A stretch of 14,417 bases of DNA, taken from Fibrobacterota bacterium. Lineage in GTDB: Bacteria > Fibrobacterota > Fibrobacteria > UBA11236. Location: NCBI GenBank assembly GCA_043753995.1, contig JAYUVP010000011.1:1-14417 (forward strand). The letters are read 5' to 3'. The first letter of the stretch is position 1. Each line of letters opens with the position of its first letter. The position numbers were made by a program, and so were the translations under genes. Below, in pieces: positions 8,961-14,417 of the stretch. The notes under the pieces were generated by a model. That model was not told where the DNA came from. It did not search any database and saw only the letters and a list, made by a program, of their open reading frames with translations.

Positions 8961-9887
8961 CTAAGCCGCGGCTTTGACTTTTTTCATTCGGCTTTCGCGA
9001 CTCAAAATCCAACCGCCCACCAAGGTCAAAGCTAAACCGGCAGCATTGAGCCAGGTGAGTGGCTCCTGCAAGGTGAAGTGTCCCAAGAAAAGTGTGAATA
9101 CCGGGCCGACCATGCCGAGTACCGCGGTGCGCTCAGGGCCTAAGGCTCGTAATGCCGTCCCTAATAGCAAGGTCGGCACAACCGTGCCCAAGATCGCCAC
9201 CACCACGGCATAACCATGAACAGGCACGGATGCAAGCCATTCGCCGGAGGGCACGAGCCAAACTGCCTGGGCGAGGACCATCACCGTGCACACCATCATC
9301 CCACCAATGAAAAGCCTTTCCGGGCCAAGACGCTGGATGTGCTTGCCGCTATAAATCAGGAAAAGCGCATAGGTCACGGCACTGCCGAATATGAGCAAAA
9401 CGCCTTTCCAAGCTTGCCCCATCGGTGAAACCCGAGCCTCTTCACCAAAGGCCATGACCAACCCGCCATAGCCTAGCAGCATGGCAAATATCAGAGGACG
9501 GCTCAGAGTACGCCGGAAAAACAGCCAACCGAAGATCACGACCAAGGAGGGATGGGTATAAAGGATGAGCCTTTCCATTCCCGCCGAGACATAAAGCAAT
9601 CCGGCAATATCCATGACTCCCGATAAATAATATCCGACCAATCCCAAAATCAGAATGATGAACCAATCACGAGCGGCCAATTCCGGTAAGCCCTGTTCGC
9701 GCGCTTGACGAAGGGCGCGAAACCACAGGAAAAGGAAAATCGGAAATGCATAGGCCATTCGCAAAGCCATAAAAAGCCAAATCGAGGCACCGTGCATAAA
9801 GGCGAGCTTCATCAGCACGCCCTTGCCCGAAAACAAAATGGCCGAGGCCATAGCTGCCGCTATACCCATTGACGAGGAGACTCGCAT
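8961..9887 (-). CDS. EamA/DMT-family transporter (about 10 TM, two EamA repeats); start uncertain (9902, 9887 or 9869)
   Basis: SAILFSGKGVLMKLAF, LRMAYAFP, GLLYVSAGMERLILYTHPSLVV and LGMVGPVFTLFLGHFTLQEPLT are EamA-repeat motifs. GAAAGG precedes ATG 9887. The ORF-track start at 9950 lies in the terminator U-tract. Confidence 0.92.
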   Translation of the reverse strand: MRVSSSMGIAAAMASAILFSGKGVLMKLAFMHGASIWLFMALRMAYAFPIFLFLWFRALRQAREQGLPELAARDWFIILILGLVGYYLSGVMDIAGLLYVSAGMERLILYTHPSLVVIFGWLFFRRTLSRPLIFAMLLGYGGLVMAFGEEARVSPMGQAWKGVLLIFGSAVTYALFLIYSGKHIQRLGPERLFIGGMMVCTVMVLAQAVWLVPSGEWLASVPVHGYAVVVAILGTVVPTLLLGTALRALGPERTAVLGMVGPVFTLFLGHFTLQEPLTWLNAAGLALTLVGGWILSRESRMKKVKAAA

Positions 9888-9948
9888 GATGCCTTTCCGC
9901 ATGCTAACGCTTGTGGCCGAGACTTCGGTCTCTTCTGACGCGGACCTC

Positions 9949-9989
9949 AAAACAAAGAGGCCCGCTTCAGGGAGAAGCGGGCCTCTTTG
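9949..9989 (-). terminator. Rho-independent terminator (attenuator 3:4 hairpin) upstream of the EamA gene
   Basis: Perfect 16-bp inverted repeat (9953-9968 with 9974-9989, 5-nt loop). On the minus strand it ends CUUUGUUUUG. Confidence 0.9.
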
Positions 9990-10014
9990 CCACGAACCGT
10001 TTAGGATGTCGTGA

Positions 10015-10095
10015 TCAAGACCCGCATGGAAAAGCCACGACTTTACGCGCCCAAATAATTAGGTAGGTAGGAGTTGTCGTGACGATGCGGATCAT
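10015..10095 (-). CDS. Putative attenuator leader peptide, 26 aa MIRIVTTTPTYLIIWARKVVAFPCGS (31 aa if started at ATG 10110)
   Basis: Hand-translated sORF below the track cutoff. 12 of 26 residues are Ile, Thr, Val or Leu, clustered as IRIVTTTPT, LII and VV. The stop is about 25 nt before the terminator stem. Confidence 0.75.
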   Translation of the reverse strand: MIRIVTTTPTYLIIWARKVVAFPCGS

Positions 10096-10186
10096 TTTTG
10101 AAATAGACATCTCGGGTTCGTCTTTGGCAACCCACCCGTTTTTACCCGTCTTTTCGGATTGGGAATGCGAATAATTCGATATGGCT

Positions 10187-10195
10187 TGATACTTT
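10187..10195 (+). promoter_or_regulatory. Putative extended -10 promoter (TGaTACTTT)
   Basis: TG-n-TAnnnT followed by 7 nt and then ATG 10203; no Shine-Dalgarno sequence. Confidence 0.45.
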
Positions 10196-10202
10196 ATGAC
10201 CT

Positions 10203-11087
10203 ATGCCGCGAAAAACACAACCCGGGCTATCCTTTTCTTTAGCGGTTCTTCTGGGCTTGTCACCCATCTGCTTGATGCATTGCGAAATGCCCGGTGGCGA
10301 TCCTGCGTCTTCGGTACTTTCCATTCTCAATAAAAGGCCCGCCAGTTTTCACGAACGATTGGTGGCATTAGATGCTTTGATTCGCCGATACCAAGGCTTA
10401 GAACCCCGTTCGGAATTCGTGGAAAGCTTGACAGTACAAGAGGGCTTGCTCAAAAATCGTCTACTGAGTATTTCCGATCCCGAGGCGAAATTAACCGCCC
10501 TGAAATCTTTTGTCTTCGACTCCTTGAAGTTACAGCCTGTCTCCGGACCGACCAGCCTCGATCTTTCCCTGCCTAGTCGCGTTCTAGAAGATCGCAAAGG
10601 TTCCTGTGTTGGCTTGACCTTGCTTTTTTTAGCCTATGCCGAGGCCGTGAATTTGCCGCTACGTCCGGTGTTTTTGCCAAGCCATATCACACTTTCACTC
10701 GACATCCAGGGGAAAACTCGCTATCTGGAAACCTTGAAGCCGACTCTTGAAAGAGATTCTGCTTTTTATGCCCAAACCTTTCTCCTTGCAAAGCGGCCAT
10801 GGTATGCTGCCTTATCCTCGAAGCCGCCAGAGGCGGCCTTACTGGCCCTAATCTTCAATTTCGCCAATACTCAGCATGATCAGGGCCAAGAGGATTGGGC
10901 CCAAGACCTCTATCGGCTAATCAATCAGTCGTTGCCGCAATTCCCAGAAGCCGCTGGCAATTTAGGTCTCTTACTTCATCACAAGAAACTCCCGGACCAG
11001 GCCAAACCCTGGTTGGATACGGCTTTGGCCGGAGACACCTTGGGTGGCCAAAAAGCTCTTTCCATACTTCGTTCAAGTTCGCATTGA
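10203..11087 (+). CDS. SirB1/transglutaminase-like (Transglut_core2-type) protein with C-terminal TPR-like helices; possible exported protein or lipoprotein
   Basis: LPSRVLEDRKGSCVGLTLLFLAYAEAVNLPLRPVFLPSHITL...YLET matches the SirB1-like core. TPR-like PQFPEAAGNLGLLLHHKKLPDQAKPWLDTAL. Hydrophobic N-terminus ending LMHC. Confidence 0.8.
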   Translation: MPRKTQPGLSFSLAVLLGLSPICLMHCEMPGGDPASSVLSILNKRPASFHERLVALDALIRRYQGLEPRSEFVESLTVQEGLLKNRLLSISDPEAKLTALKSFVFDSLKLQPVSGPTSLDLSLPSRVLEDRKGSCVGLTLLFLAYAEAVNLPLRPVFLPSHITLSLDIQGKTRYLETLKPTLERDSAFYAQTFLLAKRPWYAALSSKPPEAALLALIFNFANTQHDQGQEDWAQDLYRLINQSLPQFPEAAGNLGLLLHHKKLPDQAKPWLDTALAGDTLGGQKALSILRSSSH

Positions 11088-11112
11088 ACGCTTGGGTTGC
11101 CGCGTGTAGATT
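11084..11112 (+). promoter_or_regulatory. Putative sigma70-type promoter TTGAAC-N17-TAGATT
   Basis: -35 at 11084-11089, 17-nt spacer, -10 at 11107-11112, 8 nt before the TTG at 11121. Confidence 0.5.
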
Positions 11113-11120
11113 AGTCTTCC

Positions 11121-12428
11121 TTGAAATCTTCACTTCGAATTCATTTATGCGGCAGCAATCGCGATCTCGCGAGCGAGCGCCATGCCCTATTGGCCTGGCT
11201 GGAAGATTGCAGGCTGCGGACGCCCCATTTCAGCTATTTCGGAGCGCGCACCCTTCCTAGCCTGGAAAGCGCCTTACAAGACATCGCCGCCAGTGATGTC
11301 ATTATTCTGGTGGTGGGCCATCTCTATGGCATAGTGTCTCCCGGCCAAAATCGCGCCCAGGAAGAAAGGGAATACGAAGAAGCGACTCGCCTCGGAAAAA
11401 CCATTCTGGTCTATTTACGCGATGAAGAATCAGGTCGAGTTCCCGGCTCAGTCGAACGGGACGCCGTTAAAATCCCCTTATTGCAAAATTTTCGGCGAAG
11501 ACTCTCGGAACAACATAAAGCCAAAACTTTTCGCGATCAGACGCAGCTGACCCAGATTTTGGAGAGCGATATCCTCAGCATTTTGAGCGAAAGAGGATTG
11601 CAGCGCAAACAAATCGACAAGCCTTTATTGCGCACTCGAGCTACCACACCCGAAACAGATAAAGGCAATCAAGGTGATGGATCTTTAGGCGGCTCTTCGA
11701 ATGACTCTGGAACGCGGACCTTGCCCCTTCTACAAAAGGCCCTATCCACGCCATTTTCTCCATCGGGTCCACCTCGAAACAAAAATTGGCGTGGCACCGC
11801 CCTCCTTGCCATCCTAATTGCCCCGCTTTTGGCTCTAGGTTTATGGAAGGGAAATTGGCTGCAGCACCTCTCCAGCCCAAAAACGAATTTGGCGCCGCTC
11901 AGCCCTATTGCCATTGATAGTACCGCCAAGGACACACTTTCAGAATTAGGGGACACCCTGGCATTATCTGATTCGATGTCAGTGAATGCTGCGCCACCCC
12001 CCGTTGAATCTAGGCCCGACCCATTGGCCACCCTATTAACCAAGGCTAAAGAGGGAGACACGACGGCATTATTGCAGGTGGGAACCATGTATGATTCCGG
12101 ACTGACCTTGCCTCAAGATGATTCTCTTGCCACCTCGCATTATCGCCGTGCGGCTTCTAATGGAATGGCCGAAGCCCAGTATCGCCTGGCCTTGAGGCAT
12201 TTAGCCGGGAAAGGTGCCAAGCGAAGTAAAGCCCAGGCTATGTTCTGGCTACAATCAGCCGCCACAAAAGGTCATGCCGTCGCGCAAAGCCATATGGGAC
12301 GCATTTATTTCAAGGGCCAAGGCTATCCGCGCGATGAAGCTTTAGGCCTCAAATGGCTTCTGAAGGCAGCAGATCAAAAAGACCCTGAAGCTGAGAGAAT
12401 ATTGGCTGAAATCAAGGGGCAGCCTTAA
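11121..12428 (+). CDS. DUF4062 (TIR-like) domain + single TM + Sel1-like repeat protein
   Basis: The N-terminus RIHLCGSNRDLASERHAL...IAASDVIILVVGHLYG...EEREYEEATRLGKTILVY fits DUF4062. TM GTALLAILIAPLLALGLW at about 11793-11846. Three Sel1 repeats (ALLQVGTMYDSG...AASNG; AQYRLALRHLAGKG...AATKG; AQSHMGRIYFKGQG...KAADQK). Confidence 0.85.
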   Translation: MKSSLRIHLCGSNRDLASERHALLAWLEDCRLRTPHFSYFGARTLPSLESALQDIAASDVIILVVGHLYGIVSPGQNRAQEEREYEEATRLGKTILVYLRDEESGRVPGSVERDAVKIPLLQNFRRRLSEQHKAKTFRDQTQLTQILESDILSILSERGLQRKQIDKPLLRTRATTPETDKGNQGDGSLGGSSNDSGTRTLPLLQKALSTPFSPSGPPRNKNWRGTALLAILIAPLLALGLWKGNWLQHLSSPKTNLAPLSPIAIDSTAKDTLSELGDTLALSDSMSVNAAPPPVESRPDPLATLLTKAKEGDTTALLQVGTMYDSGLTLPQDDSLATSHYRRAASNGMAEAQYRLALRHLAGKGAKRSKAQAMFWLQSAATKGHAVAQSHMGRIYFKGQGYPRDEALGLKWLLKAADQKDPEAERILAEIKGQP

Positions 12429-12454
12429 GGGCTAAGGGCTAAAGTACCGAGAAT

Positions 12455-13135
12455 TTATTTTGAACGGCGAATGAGAAGCGCCTCGCCTCGGGAAATACGA
12501 AGGTCGGAGAGGCTCCGTAAGGCTGCATCCAAAGCCAAGGTATCGGAAACCATGCGTCTTGGATCTAATCGATTGTCGCGATTGAAAGAAGAAACCGGTA
12601 CATCCTTTCCATTCATTTTGGCTTGTATCAAGGTGATTTGAATCCGGCCTTTTTCAAAGCCTGCTGTCGCCCTCATTTCGGAATTCAACCATCCTTTGGG
12701 ATGAAACAAACGAATTAGCCAAGCAACCGGCCCACCTAATTGGATAGCAGGCAAAACATTGCTGAGGGCCAAAACCGAGTCTTCGATTTTTAGACGATAG
12801 GTTTCGCCATTTTTTCCCATCACCTCTGTACAGCGAAGCAAGTGATTCATTTCTAATTCGCTTAACTTCAAGGTATCGGCAGCCATGCCTGAATCCTGTG
12901 AAATGTCTGCGACAAAACCACTTACTTTGGACAAAACTTTCGCTTGCTCCACCTTGGATACTGGAATGGAATCAAGGACGGCCGGACTTTCAGACACCAA
13001 ACTTTTCAATTGTCGGTATTGGAAAATCATCAAAATTGACCCTATGGCCACTAGGGCAATGGGCAAACCTAAGGCGAAGGCCAGGAAAGATTTTCTGACA
13101 AAGGGAGGGTTTTCAGGAGCTGGATGAGAATTCAT
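12455..13135 (-). CDS. Hypothetical protein with N-terminal membrane anchor
   Basis: Open frame with TM SFLAFALGLPIALVAIGSILMIF. Start moved to ATG 13135 because the track's extension crosses a terminator and overlaps the subunit IV gene. Confidence 0.75.
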   Translation of the reverse strand: MNSHPAPENPPFVRKSFLAFALGLPIALVAIGSILMIFQYRQLKSLVSESPAVLDSIPVSKVEQAKVLSKVSGFVADISQDSGMAADTLKLSELEMNHLLRCTEVMGKNGETYRLKIEDSVLALSNVLPAIQLGGPVAWLIRLFHPKGWLNSEMRATAGFEKGRIQITLIQAKMNGKDVPVSSFNRDNRLDPRRMVSDTLALDAALRSLSDLRISRGEALLIRRSK

Positions 13136-13142
13136 ATTGGGC

Positions 13143-13178
13143 AAAAAATAAGCCCTGCCGAGAGACTCGACCGGGCTT
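13143..13178 (-). terminator. Rho-independent terminator of the cytochrome c oxidase operon
   Basis: Minus strand AAGCCC-G-GUCGAG-ucu-CUCGGC-A-GGGCUU followed by AUUUUUUG, about 20 nt after the subunit IV stop. Confidence 0.8.
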
Positions 13179-13199
13179 GAATTCTTTCTGTTGCAAAGT

Positions 13200-13676
13200 T
13201 TAGTGGCTTTTGGTTTCCGTCGAGGCTTCAGCAGGGGCACCAGCCTTATGAGCTGCGGCCTTGGCATTTTCCTTCATCACGGGCGATTCCCAATTAATGT
13301 CCTGGGTAAAAGACTTTTCAATCTCTCCGCGAAAGGCATGATCCGCCCAGGTGAAGGTGACGAAAATCGCCAGGAAGGGGAAATTGGCTAAGAAAACAAC
13401 CACATTGATGAGCTTTTTCTCGAAGGCCAGACCCATAAGAACGAGGGCCGTCAAAACACCCATGCAAAGGGCAATACCGAGTATCACCGCGGTGCGGACG
13501 GTTTGCATATCGAATAGGTGAGCCATGGCACAAAGAAAATTGTTTGTGTCCTTGCACTGGGACCAAGCAATCACTTCAATTTGGGAAAAGCCAATCATCA
13601 AGGCAGCCAAAAACATGAGGCCAATATAGGTGGCTATTAAGGAACGAAAGCTATAGGTATGGCCAGGTTGTTGCAT
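13200..13676 (-). CDS. Cytochrome c oxidase subunit IV family protein (divergent, 158 aa)
   Basis: Three TM helices (YIGLMFLAALMIGF; AVILGIALCMGVLTALVLMGL, matching the LxIAxxKxxLVxxxFMHL pattern; VVFLANFPFLAIFVTFTWAD). Directly after subunit III; GGGGTG RBS before ATG 13676. Confidence 0.75.
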   Translation of the reverse strand: MQQPGHTYSFRSLIATYIGLMFLAALMIGFSQIEVIAWSQCKDTNNFLCAMAHLFDMQTVRTAVILGIALCMGVLTALVLMGLAFEKKLINVVVFLANFPFLAIFVTFTWADHAFRGEIEKSFTQDINWESPVMKENAKAAAHKAGAPAEASTETKSH

Positions 13677-13681
13677 TGTAT

Positions 13682-14344
13682 TCACCCCACCAAATAAAGC
13701 ATGGGAAAGAGGAAAACCCATACCAAGTCTACCAAGGCCCAATAAAGCCCAGCCATTTCCACCGGCGTAAACCAGCTGCGAGTGAATTTCTCACGCGTGG
13801 AAATCCAAAGGCACCAAATCATCAAACCCATCCCGACCAGGACGTGGATAGCATGCAGGCCAGTCATGATGAAATAAAGTCCGAAAAAGACATGGGTATG
13901 CGGATCCGTAAAGCCTTCTCCGTGGAAATAGGAGCCCGGTAAGGTGCCGTGATGGATTTTGGCTTGATACTCAATGGTTTTCACCACTAAAAATCCGCAA
14001 GCTAAAACTAGGCTCAGAATTAAATTCGCGCGAACCTTACCCTGATTGCTTTGCTGCGCATAATACGCGGCCAAGGCCATGGTCAAACCACTGGTGAGCA
14101 AGAAGAAGGTATTTACCGTGCCAAGACGCCAATCGAGATGGCTGGAACCTTCATGGTAGGCACCAGGCCAACGCGTCATAAAAATGATGAGCCCGACAAA
14201 AAGTGCGCCGAACATCATGATTTCAGAAGCCAAGAACAGCCACATACCAGTCTTGTGCGAGTCGAACTCCTGGTCTAAATCATCAAAGTGATGAGCGACC
14301 TCATGGGTTTTAAGGCCGGACGAGGCCGAGGCTAAATTGGCCAT
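13682..14344 (-). CDS. coxC: Cytochrome c oxidase subunit III (short 5-TM form)
   Basis: GMWLFLASEIMMFGALF, NTFFLLTSG, FFGLYFIMTGLHAIHVLVG, GLYWALVDLVWVFLFPMLYL. Confidence 0.96.
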   Translation of the reverse strand: MANLASASSGLKTHEVAHHFDDLDQEFDSHKTGMWLFLASEIMMFGALFVGLIIFMTRWPGAYHEGSSHLDWRLGTVNTFFLLTSGLTMALAAYYAQQSNQGKVRANLILSLVLACGFLVVKTIEYQAKIHHGTLPGSYFHGEGFTDPHTHVFFGLYFIMTGLHAIHVLVGMGLMIWCLWISTREKFTRSWFTPVEMAGLYWALVDLVWVFLFPMLYLVG

Positions 14345-14417
14345 TAGGCTTTCTCCGTGGGGTATTCGTAGGGACCATGAGTAACAATAGGTGTTTCCGT
14401 AAAATTGAATAGCACGG
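14344..14417 (-). CDS. coxA: C-terminal end of cytochrome c oxidase subunit I (partial)
   Basis: Hand translation VLFNFTETPIVTHGPYEYPTEKA* matches the NF...P.V..GPYEY tail of subunit I. TAATG overlap with the subunit III start. Confidence 0.85.
   Translation of the reverse strand, partial: VLFNFTETPIVTHGPYEYPTEKA

Larger units (their letters stand above)
9949..10110 (-). promoter_or_regulatory. Ribosome-dependent transcription attenuator (Ile/Thr/Val type)
   Basis: 1:2 hairpin: GAUCCGCAU (10085-10093) with AUGCGGGUC (10019-10027), plus GUCACGAC (10076-10083) with GUCGUGGC (10034-10041). 2:3 antiterminator: GCGGGUCUU (10017-10025) with GAGGCCCGC (9977-9985), plus CACGA (10009-10013) with UCGUG (9991-9995). 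3:4 terminator at 9953-9989. Confidence 0.78.

Noticed and set aside
9888..9950. N-terminal extension of EamA in the ORF track (TTG 9950)
   Set aside because: It starts inside the terminator U-tract with no RBS; the hydrophobic domain begins only near 9870.
9949..10200. T-box, riboswitch or independent sRNA as the explanation of the EamA leader
   Set aside because: No UGGNACC T-box bulge and no recognisable SAM, TPP, FMN, lysine or cobalamin motifs. The clustered control codons and 1:2/2:3/3:4 pairings fit a peptide attenuator better. An Rfam scan was not run.
10142..10330. 62-aa minus-strand ORF upstream of the leader peptide
   Set aside because: Mostly antisense to the SirB1-like gene and spans its promoter; no motif or RBS.
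12421..12444. TAAGGGC-TAAGGGC-TAAAG mini-repeat and weak hairpin between convergent genes
   Set aside because: Too short and weak to call a terminator, REP element or CRISPR remnant.
13142..13150. Bacteroidota-type -7 promoter (TAnnTTTG)
   Set aside because: Spacing is off by one T, and the sequence is already explained as the terminator U-tract.
13136..13742. Extended starts at 13267 (hypothetical protein) and 13742 (subunit IV)
   Set aside because: Both overlap upstream genes, and the first also crosses a terminator. Internal ATGs at 13135 and 13676 fit better.
1..14417. CRISPR arrays, IS elements, prophage genes, tRNA/rRNA, frameshifted pseudogenes
   Set aside because: No regularly spaced repeats, transposase or integrase motifs, or cloverleaf structures were seen. 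Intergenic gaps are small and all main ORFs appear intact.

Overview
Gene-dense bacterial chromosomal region with no mobile element, CRISPR array, rRNA or tRNA that I can see. From left to right: (1) a tightly coupled minus-strand operon encoding an NAD-dependent epimerase/SDR, a GT2 glycosyltransferase, a TolC-family channel, a MacA-like adaptor lipoprotein, an ABC ATPase and a MacB/FtsX-type permease (truncated at the left edge and missing from the ORF track); (2) a divergent penicillin-acylase-family Ntn hydrolase with a coupled small membrane protein; (3) an EamA/DMT transporter; (4) a SirB1/transglutaminase-like TPR protein and a DUF4062(TIR-like)-TM-Sel1 receptor-like protein; (5) a hypothetical membrane protein and the end of a cytochrome c oxidase operon (subunit I tail, III, IV) with its terminator. 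The main find is an unannotated, complete-looking ribosome-dependent attenuator at 9949-10110 on the minus strand. It has an Ile/Thr/Val-rich leader peptide (MIRIVTTTPTYLIIWARKVVAFPCGS) with mutually exclusive 1:2, 2:3 and 3:4 hairpins, and it sits in front of the EamA transporter rather than a biosynthetic operon. All family calls come from motif recognition by eye, not database searches.
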